NCBI GenBank assembly: GCA_963608365.1
Contig: CAVDFM010000003.1
Span: forward strand, 1 to 35,330
Direction of reading: 5' to 3'
DNA: 35,330 nt
Source of the DNA: a bacterium
GTDB taxonomy: Bacteria; Bacillota; Clostridia; Christensenellales; CAG-138
Below the pieces are notes generated by a model that was not told the origin of the DNA, did no database searches, and saw only the letters and a program-made list of their open reading frames with translations. Below, in pieces: positions 14,633 to 24,178 of the stretch; the stretch's first letter is position 1, and every line of letters starts with the position of its first letter. A program made the position numbers and the translations under genes.

Positions 14633-16480
14633 CTACCTCCTCACCCTATAATACGCCGCCTCATACCCCTTCAGCTCCGTCAGCAGTACGCAGCCTTCCC
14701 CTTCGTCCTCGGCGGGGATAATGGGTTCGTCGCGCTCAATGCTGCTCATCACGCGCTCAAGCGTGCAGCGGTAGGGCATGTGTATGGGGTATGCGCCGTG
14801 GTCAACGGGGGTGAAGTTGAATACGCAGAGCAGCTCGTCTCCCTCCGCATCCATGCGGCTGAAGGCTATTATGCTGTGCGCCGCGTCGTCCGCCTGCCGC
14901 CACTCAAAGCCGTCCCACGAATCGTCAATTTCAAATAAGGGGGAATTGGCGCGGTATGTTATGTTCAGCGCCTTCACAAATTCCCTCAGCGCCGCGTGAT
15001 GCTCGTAATCAAGCAGCATCCAGTCTATCGATGTTTTGAAGTTCCATTCCGCAAACTGGCCGAACTCACCGCCCATGAAAAGCAGCTTTTTGCCGGGCAT
15101 GGCGTATTGCAGCATGTAAAGCTGCCTAAGCTGCATGAACATTTCCTCATAGCTGCCCTTCATGCGGCCTATGAGTGAGTTTTTAAGGTGAACCACCTCG
15201 TCGTGCGAAAGGGGCAGTATAAAATGCTCGCTGAAGGCATACATCATCGGGAACGTAAGCTTCTCGTGGGCATATTTTCTGTAAACGCTGTCCTGCTTCA
15301 TGTATGAAAGCACGTCGTTCATCCAGCCCATGTTCCATTTGAAATCGAACCCGAGGCCGCCGTTCTTCGCGTCCCGCGTTACGCCGTCAAACGCTGTGCT
15401 TTCCTCCGCGATAAGCAGCGCGCCGGGGGATTCCCGCTTCACGGCCGTGCTCAGCGTTTTGAAAAACTCTATCGCGGCCAAATTTTCCCGCCCGCCGAAT
15501 TTGTTCGGCAAAAACTGCTTGCCCTCCTTGCCGAAGTCAAGATAAAGCATGCAGCTTACCGCGTCCGTGCGCAGGCCGTCTATATGATATTCATTCAGCC
15601 AGAATATTGCGTTTGATACAAGAAAGCTTATTACTTCGCTGCGTTCAAAATTGAATTGCAACGTGCCCCATTGCGGCTGCTCGCTGCGGCGAGGGTCCGC
15701 GTGCTCATATAGCGCCGTCCCGTCAAAAAGCCTCAGCCCGTGGGCATCCTTTGTGAAATGCGCCGCTACCCAGTCCAGTATAACGCCTATGCCGCGGCTG
15801 TGGAATGCGTCGATAAGCGCTTTTAGCCCGTTCGGGTCGCCGTATCGGGAGGTGGCGCTGTAATACCCCGTGGTTTGGTATCCCCAGCTGTCGTCAAGGG
15901 GATATTCGCTCAGCGGCATAAGCTCAACGTGGGTATACCCCATCTCGTAAACATAATCCGCAAGCTGCTCGGCAAGGGCGGCGTAATCAAGCCCCTTCCG
16001 CCAGGAACCCAGATGCACCTCGTATATGCTCATGGGGCTTGTATGAATGGTGCTGCCGCGGTACGGCCTATGGCGCATATAGCTGCCGTCGTGCCATTCA
16101 TATGAATCGTTGTCCCATATTACGGATGCCGTGTCGGGCCGCATCTGGGAATAAAACGCGAACGGATCGGCCTTGAAAATAAGCTGCTCATCCGCGGTAT
16201 ATATTGCGAATTTGTATAAGTCCCCCTCGCAGGCGTTTCTTATATGCGCCTGCCAAACGCCCGTGGTGAAGCACGGCTCCATTATATCCGCATTTACGTC
16301 CCAGTTGTTGAAAGAACCCACCACGCTCACGCTCAGCGCGTTCGGCGCCCATACGGCAAAGCGATATGCCGCGCCGCCGTCCTCCATGGTTACGCGGTGG
16401 CAGCCAAGCGCCCTGTATGCATAGGCGCTTTTGCCTTCGTTAAAAAGATAAAGCTCCGTTTGATCCAAGTAAGTACCCAT
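14633..16480 (-). CDS. glgB: 1,4-alpha-glucan branching enzyme (GH13).
   Basis: GH13 catalytic motifs are present: ..IDGLRTDAV.., ..LIAEESTAF.., ..LPLSHDEVVH.. The start is uncertain: ATG at 16480 or GTG at 16492. Confidence 0.92.
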   Translation of the reverse strand: MGTYLDQTELYLFNEGKSAYAYRALGCHRVTMEDGGAAYRFAVWAPNALSVSVVGSFNNWDVNADIMEPCFTTGVWQAHIRNACEGDLYKFAIYTADEQLIFKADPFAFYSQMRPDTASVIWDNDSYEWHDGSYMRHRPYRGSTIHTSPMSIYEVHLGSWRKGLDYAALAEQLADYVYEMGYTHVELMPLSEYPLDDSWGYQTTGYYSATSRYGDPNGLKALIDAFHSRGIGVILDWVAAHFTKDAHGLRLFDGTALYEHADPRRSEQPQWGTLQFNFERSEVISFLVSNAIFWLNEYHIDGLRTDAVSCMLYLDFGKEGKQFLPNKFGGRENLAAIEFFKTLSTAVKRESPGALLIAEESTAFDGVTRDAKNGGLGFDFKWNMGWMNDVLSYMKQDSVYRKYAHEKLTFPMMYAFSEHFILPLSHDEVVHLKNSLIGRMKGSYEEMFMQLRQLYMLQYAMPGKKLLFMGGEFGQFAEWNFKTSIDWMLLDYEHHAALREFVKALNITYRANSPLFEIDDSWDGFEWRQADDAAHSIIAFSRMDAEGDELLCVFNFTPVDHGAYPIHMPYRCTLERVMSSIERDEPIIPAEDEGEGCVLLTELKGYEAAYYRVRR

Positions 16481-16622
16481 ATTGCAAAGCACCGCCTTAT
16501 TTCTTTTTTATATTTTACCGCATGGCGCGGCGTTTGTGTAGGGCGTTTTTTTGCCTTCACCACGCAGTTATTATAAACATATATTATTACATGTATATTT
16601 AGGCATGTTTACGGAGGCATAT

Positions 16623-16874
16623 ATGTGCAGTAATGATCTTTGGGGCTTGGGCGTTGGCCTTAGCGCCCGCATAGAAAACCATGATGATTCGCCCGAAAAC
16701 GCGGCAATGCTGAGGCGGCTTATGGATATAGGCTTTACCGAAGGGGCGGAGATTGAATGCGTGCTTGCGGCCCCGGGCGGCGGAATAAAGGCATACCTTG
16801 TGCGCGGCAGCGTCATAGCCCTGCGCGAAGGGGATGCGCGGCTTATAAAAACAGGTGAAGCGTATGCAAAATGA
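16623..16874 (+). CDS. feoA: Ferrous iron transport protein A (FeoA domain).
   Basis: 83 aa from the ATG at 16623 (GGAGG at 16613-16617). The sequence ..LMDIGFTEGAEIECV....G.IKAYLVRGSVIALREGDARLI.. matches the FeoA SH3-like fold pattern, and the gene overlaps the feoB start. Confidence 0.85.
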   Translation: MCSNDLWGLGVGLSARIENHDDSPENAAMLRRLMDIGFTEGAEIECVLAAPGGGIKAYLVRGSVIALREGDARLIKTGEAYAK

Positions 16875-17907
16875 GCCTGTTATAGCCCTTTGCGGCAACC
16901 CCAACGTTGGCAAAAGCACGCTGTTCAACGCCCTTACCGGCATGAAGCAGCACACGGGCAACTGGAGCGGCAAAACGGTGGGCCTGGCGCGGGGCGTATG
17001 CACGCGCGGCGGGAAGCGATACGGAATAGTTGACCTGCCGGGCACATATTCGCTCCTTGCCCATTCAAAGGAGGAGGAGATAGCAAGCGGCTTCATAGCA
17101 TCGGGCCATGCGGATGCGGCGGTGGTGGTGTGCGACGCAACGTGCCTTGTGCGCTCGCTTACGCTTGCCATGCAGGTTTCGCGCCTGCACGCGCGCACGG
17201 TATTATGCATAAACCTTATGGACGAGGCCGAACGCCGCGGCATAAGCATAGACACAGCAAAGCTTGAAGCATTAAGCGGCCTGCCCTGCGCCGCGGTGTC
17301 CGCGCGGAGCGAAAGGGGCATAGATGAGCTGTTTACTAAAATCAACGCCGCGCTTGAAGCGGAGCCTTCTCCCCCGCCCGCATTTGCGTGCGATTGCCCT
17401 AACGCGGCCTTCTGCCTTTCGGAAAGCATATGCGGCAAGTGCGTTGCCGTATCGAAAACCGCGGACGAGCGCCGCATGAAGATAGACAGAATACTTACCG
17501 GCAGATACACGGGCATACCGATAATGCTTATTCTGCTTGCGCTGGTGTTCTACATAACGCTTGAAGGGGCAAACTATCCTTCCGCGTGGCTGAGCAAGCT
17601 GCTGCTTTCGCTTGAGCCGCCGCTAAACTCCGCATTGCTCTCGCTCGGCCTGCCGCAGGGCGCGGCGCTCGCGCTCAGCGCGGGGGCGTACAGGGTGCTT
17701 GCGTGGGTGGTGAGCGTTATGCTGCCGCCGATGGCGATCTTCTTCCCGCTGTTCACCTTCCTTGAAGAGCTTGGCTATCTTCCCCGCGCGGCATTCAATA
17801 TGGACCATTACTTCAGCCGCTCAGGCTCCTGCGGCAAGCAGGCCCTGACCATGTGCATGGGCGTAAACCGAATGCGGGCTTGCGTATTTTATCCAGCTAA
17901 TGTATGA
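16864..17907 (+). pseudogene. feoB: feoB 5' fragment (G domain plus first membrane segments), disrupted by island insertion.
   Basis: G-domain motifs GNPNVGKST, DLPG and NLMD. The FeoB-like sequence stops at ...GKQALTMCMG (17862) and is followed by 14 unrelated codons and a stop. Confidence 0.9.
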
Positions 17908-18953
17908 TGTACAAGAAAGTGTGCAAGATAATGCGCAAGATAAACAATGGAGGAAGCACTTTGGACAGATATGACCCGCCGTATACCATCACGGACAGCA
18001 TGCTTGAGCGCGCGGCATCAATATCCGAAAAGCTCGGCAGAATAAGCACGGCGCACGGGCTTGAAAATAAACCGCATCTGCGCAGAAACAACCGAATAAA
18101 ATCCATCCATTCCTCGTTGCGCATAGAGGCCAATTCACTATCCCTGGGGCAGGTGCGCGACGTTATAGGCGGGCGGATGGTAATAGGCGCGCAAAGGGAA
18201 ATACAGGAAGTTAAAAACGCATACGAAGCATATGAAAGGCTTCCTCAAATAGACCCATACAGCATTGACGATTTGAAAACGCTGCACGGCATAATGACAA
18301 AATGCGTTGTGGAGGAATCCGGCTTTTTCCGCACGGGGGAAGAAGGCGTGTTCAACGGCGACAAATGCGTTTTCGTGGCCCCGCCGGCAAAGCTTGTGAA
18401 CGAGCTTATGGAAAACCTGTTTGAATGGATGAACCGCGCAAAGGAAAGCGTGCATCCGCTGATACTGTCTGCTGTGTTTCATTATGAATTTGTGTTTATC
18501 CATCCGTTTGCGGACGGCAACGGCAGGATGGCGCGGCTTTGGCACACGGCGCTGCTTTCAAAATGGAAGCCCATATTTGAATACATTCCGCTTGAGAGCC
18601 AAACGGAGAAGTTTCAGGACGAATATTATAAGGCCATTGCCGCCTGCCACGGCGAAGGCCGCGCGGATACATTTATAGAGTTCATGCTGAGGATGATAGA
18701 CAACGTGCTGGATGAAATTGCGGAGCAGATAGCGCGCACGGACGATCAGCTTCCGCTTTGCGTGAAAAAGCTTATGGACTGCATGGAGTACGATACTTCG
18801 TATACTGCGGCGGAGCTGATGCAAAGGCTTGAGCTCAAATCAAGGAACGCCCTGCGCAATAACTATATTTCCCCCGCCATGCGGCTCGGGTTGGTGGCAA
18901 TGACAATTCCCGATAAGCCCAACAGCCGCAATCAGCGCTACATAAAAAGATAA
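17904..18953 (+). CDS. Fic/DOC family protein (canonical Fic motif, C-terminal wHTH-like region).
   Basis: HPFADGNGRMARLWH matches HxFx(D/E)GNGRxxR. An upstream SSLRIEAN segment resembles the (S/T)xxxE(G/N) inhibitory helix. The start codon is uncertain (17904 or 17931). Confidence 0.85.
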   Translation: MMYKKVCKIMRKINNGGSTLDRYDPPYTITDSMLERAASISEKLGRISTAHGLENKPHLRRNNRIKSIHSSLRIEANSLSLGQVRDVIGGRMVIGAQREIQEVKNAYEAYERLPQIDPYSIDDLKTLHGIMTKCVVEESGFFRTGEEGVFNGDKCVFVAPPAKLVNELMENLFEWMNRAKESVHPLILSAVFHYEFVFIHPFADGNGRMARLWHTALLSKWKPIFEYIPLESQTEKFQDEYYKAIAACHGEGRADTFIEFMLRMIDNVLDEIAEQIARTDDQLPLCVKKLMDCMEYDTSYTAAELMQRLELKSRNALRNNYISPAMRLGLVAMTIPDKPNSRNQRYIKR

Positions 18954-18960
18954 AGTAAAA

Positions 18961-18982
18961 AGGCACGGTATTAGCCGTGCCT
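18961..18982. terminator. Hairpin terminator between the convergent Fic and P-loop genes.
   Basis: aggcacgg-tattag-ccgtgcct, preceded by AAAA (a T-tract on the minus strand). Confidence 0.6.
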
Positions 18983-19001
18983 TGGTTATCTGAATGAAAT
19001 T

Positions 19002-19976
19002 TTAGCCGTTATAGTGGCTGAACATATTGTCCGTTGCGGTGCGGATGGCGCGGGTGACGTCGGTAACCTTGTCCGCGGCCCAGGTTTCGGGCTCGCCGCG
19101 CAGGAAGGAGGTCTTGTCCACCCTGTTGTCGAATACGCCTATGGGCACATGGTATGTTTTGCCGTGCGCGTTTACGGTAACGGTGTTTTCAACATCGCTG
19201 GTTTTGATAAGGTACTCCATATCGTCGCAGCCGTAGTCGCCCAGCATTACCGCCATGGGCACGCCGTGGTGCAGATTGGAGCCGGGGTCGTTGGGATCCG
19301 CCCTGTCCGCATTCTTGCGGCGAGATTCTTCCGGCGTTACCCAAATATAGAGTATAACGGCCTGTTCAAGTATTTCCGGGCAGAACATGGGCAAAGAATA
19401 CTGATAGCCGAACGTCCCCGTGAGCGGCATGGCTGCGCCGTCCGGTCCGCCGCGCGCGCATTCGATTATTATGGTCTTGTTTTCAAAGCTTTCGGGGTAA
19501 CCGGCATGCTTTTCATTAAGCATTGCGCGGGCCTCTTTTTCAAGCCTTTCGGCAATTGTGTTCCGCGTGTTTTCATCCAGCACGCCAAGCCTGTTGGGTA
19601 TGCCCGCGCCCGCGGCAGCCCTGTCGAACCGGTCGAAAAGCAGCTTCGCCGCGGAGTCAGGCTTCGAAATATTGCGGTTCATCAGGTCGTGATAATCCTC
19701 GTTGAGCAAATTGCACAGCGTGCCCCAGTCGCGCCCGTCCAGGAAAGGCGCTTCGCCGGGATAGAACACGCGCGGCTTATTAAGCTTTGCAAGCTCCTCG
19801 TCAATGCGGCGCATCATATGCACATAGGGAAAATCGTCAAGCTGAAGGTTTTCGCCTATATGGAACTCGTTTTGCAGCCTTTCCGGCTCCACATGCGCCA
19901 TAAAATTCCTCACTTCGGACTTGCCGGACGCCGGCAGCGCCTGAAGCAGAACCACCTTAAATACGTTGTTTTTCAT
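19002..19976 (-). CDS. Uncharacterised P-loop (kinase-like) protein.
   Basis: 324 aa. Walker-A-like VVLLQALPASGKSE at the N-terminus, then ..IIIECARGGPDG.. and an Arg-rich ..TPEESRRKNADR.. segment reminiscent of a kinase lid. I do not recognise the family. It starts 20 nt downstream of the 5'-nucleotidase gene. Confidence 0.55.
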   Translation of the reverse strand: MKNNVFKVVLLQALPASGKSEVRNFMAHVEPERLQNEFHIGENLQLDDFPYVHMMRRIDEELAKLNKPRVFYPGEAPFLDGRDWGTLCNLLNEDYHDLMNRNISKPDSAAKLLFDRFDRAAAGAGIPNRLGVLDENTRNTIAERLEKEARAMLNEKHAGYPESFENKTIIIECARGGPDGAAMPLTGTFGYQYSLPMFCPEILEQAVILYIWVTPEESRRKNADRADPNDPGSNLHHGVPMAVMLGDYGCDDMEYLIKTSDVENTVTVNAHGKTYHVPIGVFDNRVDKTSFLRGEPETWAADKVTDVTRAIRTATDNMFSHYNG

Positions 19977-19996
19977 GCTGTCTCCTTCTTTCTGTA

Positions 19997-21505
19997 TCAG
20001 TAAATAAGTTTAAGCCATTTATGCTTGTCCACGGTTATATTGCGGTGCTTATCAACGTATGCGATTATCAGCTCCGCAATTTCCGTAGGCAGCTCGCGCA
20101 TGGTTTCGCATTGGCGGTAAACGTCGTAGCCGCCCGCGCCCGACGCGCGGTAGTTATTCATGCAAAGAGTAAGGCGCTTATCGCCGCTTAATTCCTCGCC
20201 TTTGTATTTTATCGAAACCACCCTGTCCCCCGCGCTTCGGCGTATATCGAACACGGCTTCTATGCCCGAAAAATAATCGTAATTGAAATGCTGCTCTATC
20301 GGCACAAGGAAGCTTTCGCTCACCATCAGCTTGCCGTCGGCGCCCATCGTGAAGTATTCCGCGCTCCGCTCCAATGCGCGTTTAAGCTGCTCCCGCGTGA
20401 CGCAAAGGGTTTTGAGCGTGTTGGGGTAAATATATGTGGATACGATGTCGCGTATGGTAACGTCCCTGTTCAGCCCCTTCACCGTGTTGCCAAGGCTTGT
20501 TGCGGAAATGTCCGCGCCTGTCGCCTCAAGCTGCACCTGATTGAAAAAGTTGGCTATCAGGCTGCCGTTTGCGGCCATGTCTATATGGTCGCGCGGCAGA
20601 AGCTCCGCGTCAAGATGCCCAACGGGCGTATCGAACCACACGGCGGCCTGCTCCTCATACGGGGCGAGCAGCTCATGCGCGGCTGCGCTTTCATTATCCC
20701 CCGCGGGGCAAATGCGGGACACGGCGCTTACGCCGTTTTCAACCGATATGTCAAGCTCAATGTACTCCTTCGCCTTGTCGGCAGGCTGGCAGGTGAACGT
20801 GCCGCACACGCGCTTATTCTCCGCCGCCATGTGCTGATGCCCCGCAAGCAGAATATCGTAATCAAGCTCAGAGCATATCCTGTACCCTTGGTTTTCATCC
20901 GTTGCGGAAAGGGGTGCGCCGGTTGCCAAATCGCGCTCGTACCCGCCGTGGTATATGCATATGTTTATGTCAGTATGCTGCGCCTTTAGCTCGCTTAAAG
21001 CCTCTTTGGCGGCGGTGAAGGCGTCCGTAACGGTTATGCCCTGCATGTTCTCGGGCTTTTCAAATATGTTCACATAATGCGTTGTAACGCCCGCAAGCCC
21101 CACGCGAAGGCCGTTTTGCAGCGTTACTACGGCGGTGCTTTCAACGCCCATTATGCCGCGCACGTTCGCGCAAAGGCATTTTGCGTTGAGCGCGGCAAGG
21201 TATTCCTCTATCGCCGCTTTGCCGTAATTGAAATCGTGATTGCCAAGGGTCACAAAGTCGTACCCGCCTATGTTCATAAGCGAAGCTATTGCTTTGCCGC
21301 CGTGCTCCGTTTGGCTGTAAAGATAATATGTGAACGGGCTGCCCTGCAGGATGTCCCCGCCGTCTATTATAAGCGTATCGCCGTCCTTTTTGAAATTGGC
21401 TATGCAGTTTGAAAGCCCCGCGGCTATGCGGCTTCCCGTTGCATAATCGGTTGGGGAAAACGCGCCGTGAACATCGCTTGTGTAGTATATCTTCAGCTTT
21501 TTCAT
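19997..21505 (-). CDS. Bifunctional metallophosphoesterase/5'-nucleotidase family protein (UshA/CpdB-like), apparently cytoplasmic.
   Basis: Motifs DVHG, GGDILQG, GNHDFN and AGHQH, plus a C-terminal 5'-nucleotidase-type domain. I prefer the ATG at 21505 (MKKLKIYYTSDVHG) over the track start at 21652. No signal peptide is visible. Confidence 0.85.
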   Translation of the reverse strand: MKKLKIYYTSDVHGAFSPTDYATGSRIAAGLSNCIANFKKDGDTLIIDGGDILQGSPFTYYLYSQTEHGGKAIASLMNIGGYDFVTLGNHDFNYGKAAIEEYLAALNAKCLCANVRGIMGVESTAVVTLQNGLRVGLAGVTTHYVNIFEKPENMQGITVTDAFTAAKEALSELKAQHTDINICIYHGGYERDLATGAPLSATDENQGYRICSELDYDILLAGHQHMAAENKRVCGTFTCQPADKAKEYIELDISVENGVSAVSRICPAGDNESAAAHELLAPYEEQAAVWFDTPVGHLDAELLPRDHIDMAANGSLIANFFNQVQLEATGADISATSLGNTVKGLNRDVTIRDIVSTYIYPNTLKTLCVTREQLKRALERSAEYFTMGADGKLMVSESFLVPIEQHFNYDYFSGIEAVFDIRRSAGDRVVSIKYKGEELSGDKRLTLCMNNYRASGAGGYDVYRQCETMRELPTEIAELIIAYVDKHRNITVDKHKWLKLIY

Positions 21506-21573
21506 GGTTATGCTATGCATAATGCCCCGTGCTTTTGGTGCGGCGGGGCATTGCGGAATCAAAATTTTGTGTT

Positions 21574-22437
21574 TTATGCGCCGTGCGCCAGCTTGCGGCG
21601 TATCCTTGTGGATACAAGCTCTATTATAAGCACCAGCACCATCAGCCCCCATACGAACGCGCCTACCATTGCCCAGCGGCGGCTGTTAAGGCACTGCACA
21701 AGCGATGCGCCTATGCCGCCCGCGCCCACTATACCAAGGGTGGTGGCGTCCTTCAGGTTTATGTCGAAGCGGTAAATGGTTGTTGAAATAAAGCTTGCGG
21801 TAAGCTGGGGTATAACGCCGTAGCGGATCTTTTGGAAAGGCGTGCAGCCCATCGCATCCAGGCTTTCGAGTATATGCGTATCAAGATCCTCTATTGCCGT
21901 TATGTACATTTTTGATATCATGCCGATAGAGCATATGGACTGCGTTATAACGCCGCAGGCTGCGCCCGGGCCGGTAACGCGTATCCACATCAGCGCCCAA
22001 ACAATGCTGGGTATGGTGCGTATCATAAGTATAAGCACCCTTACCGCGTAAGCCACGGGCTTAGGCATAATGTTGAACGAAGCGAGGAACGCAAACGGTA
22101 TCGCAAGCACCGCGCCTATAAGCGTGCCGAGCACCGCAATGGCGATGGTCTGCAGCAGAAGATACGGAACGTCCGTATCCGATGTGCCGAAAAGCAGGGC
22201 TTTATCCGGGCTGAATACGCCGTGCAGCACGCCCTTTGCAACCTCCGTACCCGTTACGGTAAGGCCGGTGAACTTTATGTCCGATGCGGACCAGCCCACC
22301 ATTACGACTATCAGCAGCACTATTGCAAGATACAGCACCCACTTGCGCGGGCGGTTGGCGTACATTTCCGCAACGGTCAGCTTTTTGTCCAGCGTCTGTT
22401 CAATTTCGTCTATTATGTTCTTCTTTTTCTTTTCCAT
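21574..22437 (-). CDS. phnE: PhnE-type ABC transporter permease (second copy).
   Basis: Polytopic, with the EAA-like loop ..IEDLDTHILESLDAMGCTPFQKIRYGVIPQ.. I prefer the start at 22437 (GGAGG upstream), 14 nt after the preceding permease gene. Confidence 0.85.
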   Translation of the reverse strand: MEKKKKNIIDEIEQTLDKKLTVAEMYANRPRKWVLYLAIVLLIVVMVGWSASDIKFTGLTVTGTEVAKGVLHGVFSPDKALLFGTSDTDVPYLLLQTIAIAVLGTLIGAVLAIPFAFLASFNIMPKPVAYAVRVLILMIRTIPSIVWALMWIRVTGPGAACGVITQSICSIGMISKMYITAIEDLDTHILESLDAMGCTPFQKIRYGVIPQLTASFISTTIYRFDINLKDATTLGIVGAGGIGASLVQCLNSRRWAMVGAFVWGLMVLVLIIELVSTRIRRKLAHGA

Positions 22438-22451
22438 GACGCCCCTCCTCA

Positions 22452-23306
22452 TCAGCTAAGCTTCTTGCGCAGATATTCGCTGAAGAAGTCTATCGCCACG
22501 ACCACGACAAACAGCGAAAGCAGCACCATGCCAAGGCTGTTGTAATCGCGCCAGCCTATGCGTTCGTTTATGGTTATGCCAAGGCCGCCTGCGCCAACGT
22601 AGCCAAGTATGGCCGAAGCGCGCACGTTCATTTCAAAGCAATAAAGGCTGTGGCTCAAATAAACGGGCAATATCTGCGGCACGCACGCGGACCAGAACGC
22701 CTGGAATTTGTTGGCGCCAAGCGCCTCCATGGCCTCAAACGGCCCCATGTCGATTGTCTCTATGCTTTCAAAAAGCATTTTGGCAACTATGCCGAACGTG
22801 AATATGGCAATAGCTACCGTGCCCGAGAATGTGCCAAGGGAGAATATAAGCGCGCACACAAGGGCTATTATAAGCGTGGGCAGCGTGCGGATAAGGGCCA
22901 GTATAAAGCGGCATATGCTCACAATAACAACGCTGTGGTTAATGTTGCTGGACGAAAGTATGGCGATGGGCAGCGCCAGCGCGCAGCCTATTACCGTGCC
23001 CAGTATGGACATCTTAATGGTGTCAAACAGCGGGGATATGACTTTCGGGAAAAAGCTCCAGTCCGGCTGGAATATCTTTTTAAGCAAATCCAGCATTTTG
23101 CTGAACTTGTTTATTACCGTGCCTATGTCAAAGCCCGTCATTTTAAGCGAAAGATATATCGCCGCCGCAAGCAGTATTATTATAAGCGGGGCGCGGCTCC
23201 TGCGGCGCAGCACGCTATGGCCGTTGGCAAGTGTTATGCGCTGCGGCTTAAATATTTTGTCGTATAGGGTTTCCTTTATTATTACGGGGCTGTTTTCGTT
23301 TTCCAT
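22452..23306 (-). CDS. phnE: PhnE-type ABC transporter permease (first copy).
   Basis: 284-aa polytopic protein, with ..IETIDMGPFEAMEALGANKFQAFWSACVPQILP.. Confidence 0.85.
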   Translation of the reverse strand: MENENSPVIIKETLYDKIFKPQRITLANGHSVLRRRSRAPLIIILLAAAIYLSLKMTGFDIGTVINKFSKMLDLLKKIFQPDWSFFPKVISPLFDTIKMSILGTVIGCALALPIAILSSSNINHSVVIVSICRFILALIRTLPTLIIALVCALIFSLGTFSGTVAIAIFTFGIVAKMLFESIETIDMGPFEAMEALGANKFQAFWSACVPQILPVYLSHSLYCFEMNVRASAILGYVGAGGLGITINERIGWRDYNSLGMVLLSLFVVVVAIDFFSEYLRKKLS

Positions 23307-23310
23307 ATCA

Positions 23311-24105
23311 TCAGCCCTCGGTTTTTATCTGGTGCAGCTCGCCCTCGCCTTCGCCCATTGTGGGGACCTTGGTGCCGTTGTACACCTCGTCTATCTGCTC
23401 CTGCGTTATGGTGCTTGCGGGCCCGTCGAAAACTATTTCGCCCGCGCGTATGCCTATTACCCTGTCGCAGTATTTGAGCGCCAGGTCAACATGGTGGATA
23501 TTGAGCAGTATGGATATTTTGTATTCCTTGTTTATGCGCACAAAGTCCTGCATGACCTGCTTTGCGGTTATCGGGTCAAGCGAGGCCACGGGTTCGTCCG
23601 CAAGAATTATCTTCGGGTTCTGGTTAAGCGTCCGCGCGAGCGCAACGCGCTGCTGCTGGCCGCCGCTCAATTGGTCGCAGCGGGTATAGGCCTTATCCAA
23701 AATGCCTACCTTGTCCAGACTTTCAAGCGCGCGCATCTTCTGCTCCTTGGAGAATATGCCGAACAAAACCTTGAAGAAGGGCATATCGGGCACGTCCGCC
23801 GTGAGTACGTTCTTTATGGCGGTGCTGCGGGAGACCAGATTGAAGCTCTGGAATATCATGCCCACCTTGCGGCGGTATTTGCGCAATGCCTTGCCGCGGA
23901 GCGTGTTTACGTCCACGCCGTCCACCGTGAGCTGACCCTTTGTAACGTCGTGCATACGGTTGATGCAGCGCAGTATTGTGGACTTGCCCGCGCCGGAAAG
24001 GCCGATTATGGCCACGAACTCGCCCTGCTCTATTTTCAGGTTTATGTCCTTTAGCGCCGTGAAGCCGTTTGGATAAGTCTTATACACATTTTTGAATTCT
24101 ATCAT
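23311..24105 (-). CDS. phnC: PhnC-type ABC transporter ATP-binding protein.
   Basis: Walker A GLSGAGKST, signature LSGGQQQRVALAR, Walker B ILADEPVASLD. The length and the ..LNIHHVDLA.. segment are typical of PhnC. Confidence 0.9.
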   Translation of the reverse strand: MIEFKNVYKTYPNGFTALKDINLKIEQGEFVAIIGLSGAGKSTILRCINRMHDVTKGQLTVDGVDVNTLRGKALRKYRRKVGMIFQSFNLVSRSTAIKNVLTADVPDMPFFKVLFGIFSKEQKMRALESLDKVGILDKAYTRCDQLSGGQQQRVALARTLNQNPKIILADEPVASLDPITAKQVMQDFVRINKEYKISILLNIHHVDLALKYCDRVIGIRAGEIVFDGPASTITQEQIDEVYNGTKVPTMGEGEGELHQIKTEG

Positions 24106-24137
24106 GCTGCGAACTCTTTCTTATATTATTATGGGAA

Positions 24138-24165
24138 AAAGCGCCCTGTATAGGCAGGGCGCTTT
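24138..24165 (-). terminator. Intra-operon hairpin with a T-tract after the binding-protein gene (attenuator or mRNA stabiliser).
   Basis: On the reverse strand, aaagcgccctg-cctata-cagggcgcttt is followed by TTCCC (with the paired TTT this reads TTTTTCCC). It begins 14 nt after the phnD stop. Confidence 0.6.
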
Positions 24166-24178
24166 GCGGTTCGAATTA

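Noticed and set aside
16560-16622. AT-rich region upstream of feoA as a Fur box.
   Set aside because: It contains only an 8-bp palindrome (TACATGTA) and generic AT-rich promoter-like sequence. I found no convincing match to the 7-1-7 TGATAATNATTATCA consensus by eye.
16599-17516. 305-aa minus-strand ORF across feoA/feoB.
   Set aside because: It is an antisense shadow of feoB, whose G-domain motifs are unambiguous on the plus strand.
19014-20003. 329-aa plus-strand ORF antisense to the P-loop gene. Also the long plus-strand ORFs at 22708-24054 (448 aa) and 24092-25372 (426 aa), antisense to phnE/phnC/phnD.
   Set aside because: The minus-strand frames carry Walker/ABC signature motifs, lipobox and permease features and are tightly packed as an operon. 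The plus-strand frames are Gly/Ala/Val/Arg-rich with no motifs.
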